Shown piece after piece: positions 1-13,300 of a stretch of 64,000 nt of DNA. Position 1 is the stretch's first letter. Every line of letters begins with the position of its first letter. This stretch comes from Octopus sinensis (taxonomy: Eukaryota): positions 137,578,001 through 137,642,000 of the forward strand of contig NC_042998.1 of NCBI RefSeq assembly GCF_006345805.1, read 5' to 3'. The translations under genes and the position numbers were made by a program. A model generated the notes under the pieces. It was not told the origin of the DNA, did no database searches, and was given only the letters and a program-made list of their open reading frames with translations.

Positions 1-107
1 TCTGTCATATAAGAGTAAAATACCCAATCTTTCTGCTATTTTCACAGCCATACTCTGTTTGAAATATTACTTTCCTGTTTACACACACACACAATATTCT
101 CAAGCAC

Positions 108-325
108 TAAGGTGGCAAGCTGGCAGAATTGTTAACATGCCAGACAAAATGCTTAGTGGCATTTCATACATCTTTACATTCTGAGTTCAAATTCCACCAA
201 GGCTTACTTTGCCTTTCATCCTTTCGAGGTTGATAAAATAAGTACCAGTTGCACACTGGGATTGATGTAATCAACTTACCACCTCCCCCTAAATTGCCAG
301 CCTTGTGCCAAAATTTGAAATCAAT
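108..325 (+). mobile_element. tRNA-derived SINE, family B (other copies near 16575-16805 -, 18355-18530 +, 21492-21700 +, 22290-22490 +, 33503-33670 +, 44020-44215 -, 54570-54740 -)
   Basis: Recurrent aaggtggcgagctggcagaa...gagttcaaattcc...tttgcctttcatcctttc...aagtaccagtt consensus with a B-box-like GTTCAAATTCC. Confidence 0.85.
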
Positions 326-513
326 ATTCTCAATCACTCACTGTAGTACACAAATACTTTATTTTATTTTGTTCCATTCCATTTCCTTGAAAAATATGAA
401 AACTTTCTGTACTTGTACATGAATAAACTAAAGAATAATTTCTTCATTTCTTCTTGGCTCATCTTATTACCAAAATACTATTCTGCACACAACCAAAATG
501 TTTTGTGTGTGTA

Positions 514-568
<55 letters not shown>

Positions 569-789
569 CCATCAAACTAAAATTGTACATTTGTATTTAA
601 ATTTTTTTTCTTTTTAAATAAGAAGAGTTATTAATGAAATAAGAACAAAAAGTATAATACATACAAAAATACAAAGAAAAACAAAAATTTAAACAGCTAT
701 CAAGGAAACAGTGTGATAGTTTTTCAATGTAACAATAGATAAAAATAAAATAAAATAAAATAAAACAAAAGGGTAAACAATAATGAAAA

Positions 790-941
790 CTAATGAACAA
801 GGAGGCTGCCAATGATATTCACAGAATAAACAGCAAGCAAACAAAACCCAACTAACCAGTAAAATGCATGCAGGAAAACAACAGCTCCAAGCAACGCGTT
901 CATTCTGGAGCACAGTTGACACCAAGTATATTTGGTAGCAC
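790..941 (-). CDS. Candidate alternative REPS exon encoding a hydrophobic C-terminus
   Basis: Strong acceptor ccatacccatctcctttcttag|GT, 177 nt after the 1119 donor; phase-1 frame GATKYTWCQLCSRMNALLGAVVFLHAFYWLVGFCLLAVYSVNIIGSLLVH* ending at TAG 790-792. Confidence 0.3.
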
Positions 942-1118
942 CTAAGAAAGGAGATGGGTATGGAGACAGAAAGATAGAGAGAGAGAAAGAGAGAGAGAGA
1001 AAGAAATGAAAGAGGGAAGATATGTATGGGGGACTTGTTTGATGCTACCTTTCATAACAATGGCCTGTGTTAAAGGAGGGAACTGTTATGCTTAGTGGAG
1101 CTATAGTTGAACGCGTAC

Positions 1119-1376
1119 CTGGGGCAGTTTTCTTGGTTGCCACTGGTCTGGGGCGGCCGTGCAAGGAAGTGCTGACTGATGGGAGGACTGATTTGGGAGA
1201 CATGGGTGAGGAGTGGTCAGTTGGGATAGCAGCAGACAAGTCATTAAGCGATGTGGGTTCAACGCTGTACGACATTCGTGATGGTTGTTTGGACGATGGA
1301 CTGGTTGTCAGCGAAGATGCATCGTGCTGGTCACCACAGACAACTGGTGCACTGTTACAACAACCAGTAGCCAGAT
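1119..1376 (-). CDS. REPS1: REPS exon, Ser/Pro-rich ([11 protein letters not shown]...[14 protein letters not shown])
   Basis: Acceptor ttggattttcag|AT, donor CCAG|gtacgc; 258 nt, phase 1 to 1; lies within provided ORF 1045..1392. Confidence 0.83.
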
Positions 1377-4300
1377 CTGAAAATCCAAACAAGTAGAGGA
1401 CTTGGTAGCATAATTCATTAAGTAAAGGGTTTTAGCATCTTTTAACAAATTTACTTTAAGTTTAATTCGAAGTATAAATAATTAGGTTATTTCATCACTT
1501 CATGAATCTCAAAAAGTATTTAATATAGACAAGAGTTATCTTTATGATCAAAACTACTTGTGCTAATGGGTTTTCTTCTGAAAGAAATATATTTAACTTA
1601 ACAATATAACGCTACAAAATTTTTTTAAAAATAAAGAAAAGTACAACAAAATTAAGAGTTATATTTTTGATTAGTTAAAATAATTCCTAACATTTTCTAC
1701 TTTCTAGAAAAATTCCTTACAACAAAAGATATTTTAAATTTTCTCATTTTCAATGAGTTTATAAAATTTATTTTAAGACAATAATAGTTCTGAATGCCTA
1801 TGTTGTGGAAAAGTTTTCACTATATAATACTTATTATGTCAACATAAACATAGTTATTATATATTTATATACAATTTAGATTATTTCATTTTAACCAAAC
1901 TCATATGTAGCATGCATATTATTGTTTTAATGATCAGCACACACATGCACACACACGCGCGCACGTATCTACATATAAACTATTTCATGGTGCATGGATA
2001 TGATGATTTATTAAAAGTTATCAATTTTGTATAGATGCTGTAACAAAAGCCATTTCTATTCACTTGATGTGGAGTGGGTATAACAGTTACCTTCAGTTTG
2101 CCTGAGTAAACCAACCAAAGTAATGTGTCATAATTTGGGCAAAAATAGAATTAGTGTTAACTAATAATCTTTGTTGCAGTCTGGTGGCTTGTGTTGCAGT
2201 CTGAGAGCTACATTAGCTGAATCCAAACTCAAGGTAGGGTTTCCCATGTAGAGCAGGAGGAAGGACAGAGACCCAACTAATATAGACTACTTCTCAACAG
2301 CAAAAATGGATTTGCATAGGGTCGTCAACGCCTTTACCCAGAAAAAAGCAAAGCAACAGAAGCATTGATGATAATTCAAAACCAACAAAATCTGGGAGAG
2401 GAAAACACAGCCCAGAATTGAGAACAACGGAGTAAAGTTGTCAATGGCCCATGCTCCATAGAGAGCAAAGGGCTTAAGAAATAATCTTTGCTATATGACA
2501 CTTTAAATAAAAAAACTACTGAAGTTGGTGAAAATTCCTTCTTACAATTTATGACCTTGTGCATAAATTAAAAACTATTAGATCTATTCAAGTTGATCTA
2601 CAGAATATTGTTATTTATGATCAAATGCATTCAAGCAACCAACATATGATTTTTATATGTCTTTTTTTTTTTTTATATTTCATTTCACTACTGAAGTGGT
2701 ATTGCAGATACATAATCTGTGATGGTAAGGAGTGAGCTGCTTTAAGATTATTGAGATTTCAAGCAGGAAAACTTTAAACTAAGTGCACAAGCTGACACAT
2801 CATCATCATTATCCCGTAATATCCGTCTTCCATGCTGGCATGGTTTGGAGGGTTTGATAGGATCCAACAAGCTAGAGGACTGCATCAAGTTCCAATATCT
2901 GTTTCTGGCATATAGCCAATTATTCACACAAACCATGTTTACCTAGAAGTTATCAATGAACACCATAACTGTGACAACACACACTTGTATGGGGAATGCA
3001 GCTGTGTTGAGAACCAGTGAGTCATAACTGCTCCCACCTATACTACATTTTGTTTGTGACCCTGAAAGAAAAATTGCAGTACTTCATTGTTGCAGACAGG
3101 TGTAATATTCTGATCACTGCAACAAAACCTGAAATCTATTGGCAGTTCTAACATCAGCTGGACCTAGGGTATAATATCTTGCTCATAACCTAGTTTTAAA
3201 GAACTTGATAAATAGCATCCACCCCATCTTGTCCAAAATCAACTGGATCCAACAAACATAGTCAAAGTTGATTGCAGGAGGAACCAGAGATTTGGCAGTT
3301 TTTGACATGAAACCATCTGTGAAGTTCTATTCTGATAATTTTGTCAGAGTTGTTTACTTAGCCTTCTGCTATCCTTAGCACTCACAAATCAGTGAGAAAC
3401 CCTTAGTTGGAAATCTGACAATAACAAGTTTATGTTACAGTCTGACTCTCAAGATAGTGTAGACTTGAATTTCAAGTTTATATCCTAGACCGATGTTCAG
3501 ACCACTACACACTGGATTCAACCAAACTTTTAGCTAGTCTGATGTTTTGGTGGGTGTGCTAGTTTAGTTTCACTCAATACAACCATGTAACTGATTGTAC
3601 TTGATTACCTATCAGTAGCATTCACACTTACAAGTAACTTGAAAAAAAATATATATATATACATATCTCACACACGCACATACATACATATATTTACATA
3701 CATTAGTTCACATATATTCACTCACACATATACACATAGCCATACATGAGTTTTTTAATTACATCAAAATATTTACCTAAGTAAATTGAAAATGAATTCA
3801 TTATCTTAAAATAAAACAATAATATATGTATATTCCTGTGATGTTTAATGTTAAGTATATATTTAAGATTAAGTTAGTAAGAAGTTGTATGAAGCTAGAT
3901 TGATTTGTTTACTTCCTAAATGCTTCACTGGATACCTAGTACGATTGCAACAATTTAGTGCAGACCTAATTTTTTCAAAATGCCTAGAAGAGCTGAAGCA
4001 TTATCACAACAGAAAACATTAAGCTTTATTGGCAACACAAATTAAATTAACACATGCAAAATGAAGTAGGTCTGAAATATCAACTAGGATTTAACAATAA
4101 AGTAAAGTTATAGACTTTTCAGGATGTAAGTATTGGCAGTTCGGATACTTGAGACAAATGAAATTGTAATAGCTATCAAAGTTGAAATACATCATAAGAG
4201 ATTCAGAAACAATGGAATTTCTTCAATAAATTGCATGCATTATCAAAAACAACAATAAACCACTTTGAAATTACTTTCTCTTTCATATTTGAGTTTGACA

Positions 4301-7300
4301 AATCCAACAAACAACAGGTTTTTCTCCAGTACTATACATAAGATGATACCTACAAAGATTTATGTGGTGTGTGTGAGAGAGAGAGTCTCTGCATGTGCAT
4401 GAATGTGTGTAAATGTGGGTGTGACTGAGTGTGTGTGTATGTGTACGAGGGTGTGTGTGTGTATGTGTGAATGTGTATGAGTGTATGTGAGTGTGTACAT
4501 GTGTATGGGCATGTGTGCGTGTGTGTATGAATATGTACATATTTGTAGCATGAAATTTTGCTTACTAACTTTCTTCTATTTTTTTTTTTTTTAATCATTT
4601 CAATAAAATTATTTCCATAAAAGAAATTATGACCCCAACTAGCACACATCCACGAACAAAACAAACAGCCTTTCACTTGATATATTGAACTACCATTAGG
4701 ATTTTTCTTTTCTTTTTTTTTTACACTATATTTTTCACAACCTCATTAACACGCGTTGATCTTAGCCATCATTAATGTCATCATTTATTCAATAAATAAT
4801 CAATACAACAAGTAGCAAAACAACAACTAATATATTATCAAATATAATGCATCCACTTAAATATTTATGAAATTATACAATTATATATAATCCACAGAAC
4901 ACAAAGAGACACTTATAAATAACAGACAGAGATACCGAGTTGATGACAGTGATAAACTAAGACTTTACAATAAAGTGACCAGATGAACAGCTACAGGTGT
5001 TGAGACCACAGGAAACAGTTACAGTTATAGTGCCACAGTTAACAGGCAGTGGATTGAGTGTTTAAAGATATATATACACACATACACACACACATATATG
5101 CACGCACGCACACACACATATATATAACAGCTTTAGGACCACTACAATGAGTGTCAGTGCCACATCTGATGAGATGAGGATGGACATTGGAGAATAGGAT
5201 TCAGTGAAGCTGAAATACCTGTTAATTGTTGGATTCCTTGGAATGACTTTGAGGCTCTGTACATCCCAAAAGTAGCCCAATACCGCTTTAGATAAGGATT
5301 TAAATGATAAACACCTGCATTGATCAAACCAAGTAAATATATACAAAACATCTAAGAAATGTAATTAACTTTCAGACATCTAAGTAGGAAATAAACAGTA
5401 AAAACAGACAATGAAATTGAACAGCTTCTACAAGAAAATACATTTTTTTAAATTTTTATAAATAAATGTATAAAAACATTGATGGAAATCCTTAATGAAA
5501 TAATGAACAATTAACTGATTAAAAGGAATAACACAACTGAACACCACCAACATAATATCTGCAAATTCTAAAATTTTCAACAGAGTACTGAATAAATGAG
5601 ACATAAGTATTCGCCAGAGTCAAAATAAATAAACCTTTTCAAAACATTTTAGAATCTGACATTCCATAAGAAATCACATGAATATAGCTGATGCTTCCGA
5701 AAAATGTATTAGAAAATACTTCTTTAGAAAAACCATTTCCTTCAATATAAAAACAAATTTATTTTGGTCTTATTCCTATTAACCTTATGGTGATCAGATT
5801 ATTATATTCCAAAGCAACTAAATAATCAACCTACACAATAAAAAAAAATAACCAAATTAAAAGACAAAACTAAATATTTCATCAGTTAATCAGACACATG
5901 AGAGAACGACCAGCATATTAAATTCAAATAACTTCAAATTTTTTTATACATATTGTAACTAGTTTATTTTATTAAGAAATCTTCAATATATTTCCTATGT
6001 AAGATTTTCTTTAGACCAAAAACTTATATCAATAACATAAATTAGTAAAATTCCATTTAATACACTAAAAACTCTCTCGTAGTCTTTACTGTTGTAGCAA
6101 AAACAGCTGTTATGTTAAAAATGTTACTATTAAAAAGATGAAATACTTATGTCTCAAAGTTAAACCGAGATGTAGAGACTAAGATGACAGACAACAGTTC
6201 GAAACAAAACTATTTGTACAAATGAAGGAAATTGTAATTATTTATAACAAAGCATTTGCTAAGAACAAAAGCAAAAGAAAGAAAATAAATAAAAATGGAA
6301 ACATTTCTCTTCAAAGTAAATTATTTAATATACGGTTAACAGAAATAACAAATAAAACCACACAATGACTAAATTAAAGGAAAAACAGAAAAATACATTA
6401 AGAGCTAACATCTATCTCGGAGGACACATGTGGTTTTGGCACAATAGCAGGTGCATGTGTATCAGCATGCACACGCACAGACACTAAAGAGTATAAAAAG
6501 AAAGATGGAAGAACAACTTATCAATCTCTTTATTAGTGAAAGCAATTTAATTGAGGTAAAAATCAAAGAAAAAAAGTGTTGTAGCATTTAATAATTATTA
6601 TCTTTTACTTTTTTCAATAACTGAACTGCAGCCATGCTGGGGCATTACTTTGTATGATTTAGTCAAACAAATCAACCCTAGTACTTATTTTTTAAGTCTG
6701 GTACTATTCTATTGGTCTCTTTTGTCAAACCACTAAATTATAAGTACATAAACCAACAAGCAGTGGAAGGGAGAAAAGTACATATTTATATGTAAATATG
6801 ATAGGCTTCCACACAGTTTCCATCTACCAAATTCACTCACAAGGCTTTGGTAAGCCTGCAGGTATAAAATCCCTGAAAAAATTTTCCTTACAAATTTCTT
6901 TATAATTGTAATCTATGCAGTTTGAAAGGGATTGGATACACTTTCATTAAAAGATATCCATTTTCCTGAAAATTATGAGGGGAAAAAGTCAGAACATATG
7001 AATTTTCCAAGACTCCTCTCTCCACCCCCTTGGAAAAATTCTTTCCCATAAATCCCTATATACTCTGAAGCCACAACATCTAAGTGGTATTTGTAAAAAA
7101 TTTTGTTAAAAAGTATCCATTTTTGGGAATGTTATGAGGCAACAAAATCGGGGGCTTATACATCTGTAGTAATGCCCTTTTATTTATACAATTTTTTCAT
7201 TTCATGTTTATTTCATTCATTGTTTGCAATATTCTCTCTCCTCCTCCACACACACACACTGCAAAGTTTACAGATGGACCGCTGAATTGAAATTTCTATG

Positions 7301-10300
7301 TTGCTTTGAGGAGAAGATAGAGCTTGACAAACTGCTTCTCCCTATGTCATTGGACTACAGTGATGTTTGTTTAAAAAAGAGACATTACGACTGTGATAAA
7401 ACAATGAAAGCAATATTTATCAAGCAAGTGAACACTATTATACAAAGAAATAATTAGATGTAAAATATCATAAAAATTATTAGAATTGGGAATCAAATGT
7501 GAAAATATTATCAAGTGGTTAGCAGAAAACTGCCAGGAGGGTGGTCTTTCTGCTAGTATTACTAATGTCAGTAACTTTATATAAATGGTTATATTAGTCC
7601 TTAGTTCAATCACTGAATCATGCAGTGTGTAGTGTCACTGAGCAAAGCACTACATATCACACTGCTCCCCTCTACTCAGCAGAAATGAATCCCACTCAAA
7701 GGCTAGTACAGCCCACCCTCTGTCCCACTCTCCAATTAGAGGTACTGCTGGATTAAGGATGGGGAAGTTGAGACAGTGTCTCTGTCATTGCAAATACATA
7801 GGTACCTAAAACAATTAGCAAAAGTATAGTAGACTCTATCAGGTCAAACCTGCTTGTAAAACAGAACTGGTATAATCAACTTAACTACTACTGGGTAGGA
7901 GTATAAAATCCCCACCCCTCTGCCAAGTCATGTCAAACCAGTGTAACAGAGTGGGCTCATCAAACCAGTATGATCTCAAGCTCAAATTCATGGCCTACAC
8001 ATCAGACCATGGTTGGAGAAAAGAACATGCTGAGGCCTTCATCCTGTAGTGGACTGAACTTAGGCAATCCAATCCAACTCAAAACAGAAGCATTGACATT
8101 AGGACAATGCTATTTGATCCTGTAGCTTCGAAAGATAACCCTAAAAACTGGCATTAAAATTAGATGGCCATCAAAATGTTAAATGCTATAGCTGATTTAG
8201 CTGGATTACAATAGCGAACTGTCAAGAGTTTTTTTTTTCTTTTATAATGAAGGAAATAGGTATACAAAAAAAGAAAACAAAAAGATACAGACATGGCTGT
8301 GTGATTAGGAGGTTCACATCGCAACCATGTGATTCCATGTTTAATTTCTTTATTCTACACCTTGAGCAAGTATCTTCTACTGTAATCTCAAGCTGATTAA
8401 TGTCTCATGAGTAGAAGTGATTGACGGAAATTACATGAAAGCCCCAACATATGTGTGTGTGTACTTAAGTTTACACCATTTGTTTCTCTAAAAAAAAATT
8501 TTTTTAAACCAGCTATGTCTATTTATGTCCCCATTGTTCTGTAACTTACCAGTTTGAAAAATAGAGGTCAAAAAAATAAGCACCAGTACTGTATAACTGA
8601 TTAAAACCCTTCATTGTAATGCCCAAGCATGATTGCAGCCCAATGAATGAAACCAATAAAAGAATATAAAAATAAAAGTATTCTACAATAATACTGCAAC
8701 CAGATAAGGCCTTCTAACTGTAATACTATGCAGAAAGCAAAATAACTGACCTTGTTTGTAAAATTAAAAATAAAAAAAGGCTCAAAATATTTACACAAAG
8801 GAAACTGTTTAGGATAAATAAATAAGTATATATGCCAGCATAAAAGATGGATGTTAAAAGATATATAAAGAAAATAATATAAACGTAAAATGTGCTGAAA
8901 AGTGATATAGTTAAAAATTTGCATTGCCCAAGGTAGCCCTTCAGTTTTCTCTTCTTTAAAATATATAAAGTACTATGAGAAAAAAAAATGCCCCTTCACC
9001 CACTTTTAGCTACACTCAAGATACTGGATATTAACTTTTGATATCAAAAGTGAATATCTGAAGTGGTTGATAAAGTGATTCTTGTATCTTTCTTTTCATT
9101 GGGGAATACATGCATAAAGATTTTTTTTTTTTTTTGTAAATAGAAAGAATGAAGAGGATAACAATAATAATATTATTAATAATAATAATGATAATAAATG
9201 GCATGATAATGAATATGAAATTATATCATTACACATACTCACTCACACGGACATACATACTGTCAATAAGGTAAAGAAAACATTTTCAGAAAAAGAGAGC
9301 GAGAGAAAAAAGAGAAAGGTTGATATATATATATACATGTGTGTGTGTGTGTGTGAACTAACCTGTTGCTGTGCCTGCAGCTGTCCAGTTGTTTCTATCA
9401 GTAATTTCTGGGGGAATGGGGTGGCCATCAGGAGACATTCGAAGTGCAACCGGATGGATTATCTTGGAATCCTTATATAGTATGAGGAACAAAGAAATGG
9501 TGATGAAATATGAAACAAAATATCATCTCTAACAATTCAATTTAGAATGTAATATACTTTACCTATACAAAACATAATATATGGAAAACTAAGGTTGCAA
9601 ATAGATATAATAAACAAAAATTTCAAACATCAGTAAATATATTGCTGGTAGATGAAATTTAAAAACTTATTTCATAAGGCACAGGCATGGCTGTGTGGCT
9701 ATGAAGTTTGCTTTGCAACCACATGGTTTTGTTTCACTGTGCACCACAAACATTACGCAGGACTGATGATCAAATAGGAACCATCAGTCTACTGAATGAG
9801 CCAACTACAATTTGTTTTAAGTGAGCTTCTTTGTATATTGTGTTCAGAGCAATTTATTTTCATTCTGAATGCCTTTCCAATGGCCTTAATCATTTCTTTT
9901 AAGTGGAATATGTCTTCCATTTTCAGAAATTGTATTGGTTTAGCAAGTGACTTGATTCGATTTTGCATCGTAACTCAAACAACTGCCTCATGCTAGAGTC
10001 ATGACAGCCTTCGAAAACACTAACATAGCATTAAGAGTCACTTTTGTTCTTATTTGTTGTTCTTTAGTAATAGTATTACATACAATTAATTATCTTTTGC
10101 CACACATTTAAAATTAGGATATAAATATTCACAGAGGTGAGAAAGAATGTCAATGCACCAATATTTTCATCTTCCTGCATATATGCAAGATATGGCAGAG
10201 ACACCCCAGGACAGAAATTCAGAAGACAGAGGTGCTAGAGATGAGATGCTCCTGCAACATCTTAGGCATTTTGTACTTTGATCACATCACAAATAAACAA

Positions 10301-13300
10301 GTTCATGAAACCTTCCAGTATTACATTAGCCCCATGAAGACTGCACAACAGTGAAGACAAAGATGGTATAACCATATAAGAAGATCCAGTGACCTTGCAA
10401 AGACCATTTCTTCTATGAGTTGTGGATGGGAAAAGAAGAAGCAGACAGCGGAAAAGATAGACAGGCAATATCAGTGACCCAACTTCTGGCACAACTGAGT
10501 GAAGAAAAAACTGGGGTTACAATATGTTACAATGCCCACTTTGATTCCATCAGTAGTTGAGGGCCCAAGACAAGACTATTATGCAACACTGTATCTCATA
10601 AATAGAAGAAATGTCAAAATTCTTTACTTAGACATTAGCCAATTAAAAATATAAGCATTGAAAATGTAGTCAGTATGGTGTTTGGAGCACAAGAATAATG
10701 ATTTCCAAATTCTGCACTTTAGTTACTCACAGGGTCAGTAGCTACTGGCTTAGAGAATTCAAAATTGACTGGCTTAGGAGCTGGAGATGATAAACCACTG
10801 GAAGTAGGGGATTCAACAGGAAAAGTTGTTCGTGTCCACTGCAATGATAAGAGAGTAGTCGTAATTATGTTCAAGGATCAAAGAGGTGGATAAGTAATGC
10901 AAATGATAAAACATGAAAATAAATCAAAGCATATATTTTAAAATAAATTTCCGATGAGCAACATATATATAAAATATACAAACGTAGAGACTCCGCTATT
11001 GTTTATGATGCCTCAGCCACTACAATATTCTTGAAATCCTACTTCCAGATAATACCAGGTTATATAATAAAGTATTATGGAGATGTACTTGCATAGCGAG
11101 TGACTTCATCTGAGATCGTGTGTTGGAACGAAAACAATTGCAGCGTGGAAGGTGTTTATAAGCCATTTAAGAAAACACAAAACCGTTAGATTCACTTCAA
11201 CATTTAAATTTAATTTGTCAAAATATTTTCGTCGCTTTGAGACTGCAACCTGTTCACTGACAAAGCTTCGTGCTGCACAAAGCTTTGTCAGTGAACAGGT
11301 TGCGGTCTCAAAGCGACGAAAAATATTTTGACAAATTAAATTTAAATGAAGTGAATCTAATGGTTTTGTGTGTTTCTTAAATGGCTTATAAACACCTTCC
11401 ACACTGCAATTGTTATAATAAAGTAGTTTTTGTTTTAAATATCTGGGATTTTTTTAATACATGCGGATCCTGCTTTGAAGGATACACATACACACACACA
11501 CTACAGCTCTGAGCACTTTCTGTGAACTTTGCACAAAAGTATTTTTTGTTAATTTTAAAGAATATTTTTATTCTTTATAGACACACATGCACACATACAC
11601 AAAGCTGTTATCACAAAGTTACTGAACTGTATGTTCTGTGACTGTACTGTTCAACAGAGATGCATAGACAGCTGACAATCATTGGTTAGACAGCCAGCTG
11701 AATCATACAAGCAAAGCACCCTTGCAGCTAAACAGCAACCAGAATATAGAAGAAATAGTTTCTACCAAGGCAGTGAATGAAAATAGTAGTAACTTACATA
11801 TTACAGAACTAATACTTATTAATTAATATACAATTACAGATAACAATTGCCAAACATTTCTCAATTAGTTTAAAGGTCGATATTCAGAAAGAAAAAGTCA
11901 AATTTCCTTCAAACCACACCCTACTTATTTAAAAAAAAAAAAAGGTATTAGATAATGTAGACATGCATATAGCATGTATGAAGTAAAAAGACAGAGAGCA
12001 TTAATGATAGGTCTACTCAATCAGTACCAAAACTGTCTTATGTTCTTACTCTTGTATTGAATAGTTAGTGTTCCTGCAACAGTCATATAGGAACATCCAA
12101 AGAATGTCAGCATAAAGCAAGTGACATATAAATTAAAATAAAACACAAATTGCTATCCGAATAGACAGTTCCCTAATAGATAAAGCAATCAGCTATCTGA
12201 ATAGACAGCTCCCTAGTAGATAAAGCAATTAAGGGTATGAAGCCAGGAAAAGCCCCTGGCCCAACAGAAATCACTGCTGAGATGCTTAAAACATCTGGTG
12301 GTGTGGGCTATGGCCTAGTCACCTGCATTGTAAACCAGGTAGTTCATGATGAAGTCATACCCAACAACTGGCGTAGCAGCACCATAGTCAACTGCTACAA
12401 GGGTAAAGGTGATGCTCTAGAGAGAAATAACTACAGGGGTATCAAACTGCTGGATCAGGTGATGAAGGTCACGGAGAGGGTCATAGCCCATCTCAGCAGG
12501 GAGAGAGCCTGCTTAGATGAGATGCAGTTTGGTTTTGTGCCGAGTAGAAGCACCACTGATGCCATATTCCTGGTTCGACAACTTCAGGAGAAATACCTAG
12601 CTAAAGATAAACCCCTCTACTTAGCTTTTGTGGACTTGGAGAAAGCCTTTGACAGGGTCCTCCGATCTCTTATCTGGTGGACGATGCGGAAACTGGAGAT
12701 TGATGAATGGTTAATAAGGGCTGTAAAGGCCCTATACAGAGAAGCCGTTAGTAAGGTTAGGATTGGCAATGAGTTTAGTGAAGAATTCTGGGTAGAAGTA
12801 GGGGTCCACCAAGGTTCAACCTTCAGTCCTCTTTTATTCATCATAGCCCCCCCCCCCCCAGGCAATAACAGAGGAATTCAAGACAGGTTGCTCCGGGAGC
12901 GCCTCTATGCTAATGACCTGGCTCTCATAGCAGAAGCACTACTGGAACTAGAAAAGAAATTTTGGGTGTGGAAGCTAGGTTTAGAATCAAAAGGCCTTAG
13001 AGTCAATGTAGCAAAGACGAAAGTTCTAGTAAGTAGGAGGGCAAACTCATCACACACCCACTCGATCTGTAGAAAAAGTGTAGGTAGAAACTCCATAAGA
13101 TGTACCCAGTGTAAGCTATGGATACATAATAGGTGCAGCAACATCAAAGGAAAATTAACCGAGAAGATAGCTTTCGTGTGCAGCAGATGCACAGGGGCAA
13201 TAGACACCACAGATACTCAGAAAACAGATTCCATCACACTCCAGAAAGAGAAACTAGAAGAAATTGATAGTTTCCACTACCTAAGTGACCAAGTTAGTAG

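Noticed and set aside
1067-1396. Plus-strand 109-aa ORF
   Set aside because: Antisense shadow of the REPS exon 1119-1376
2091-2101. 11-nt micro-exon-like segment cag|GCAAACTGAAG|gtaact (minus)
   Set aside because: Phase 1 to 0 would shift the frame of the downstream exon at 1376; such signals are common by chance
2960-3600. Complex, coding-like stretch
   Set aside because: All frames are interrupted and no motif was recognised; probably an old TE fragment, left unassigned
8550-8588. 39-nt symmetric exon candidate with a strong gtaagt donor (minus)
   Set aside because: Acceptor lacks a polypyrimidine tract and the peptide is T-run derived; insufficient support
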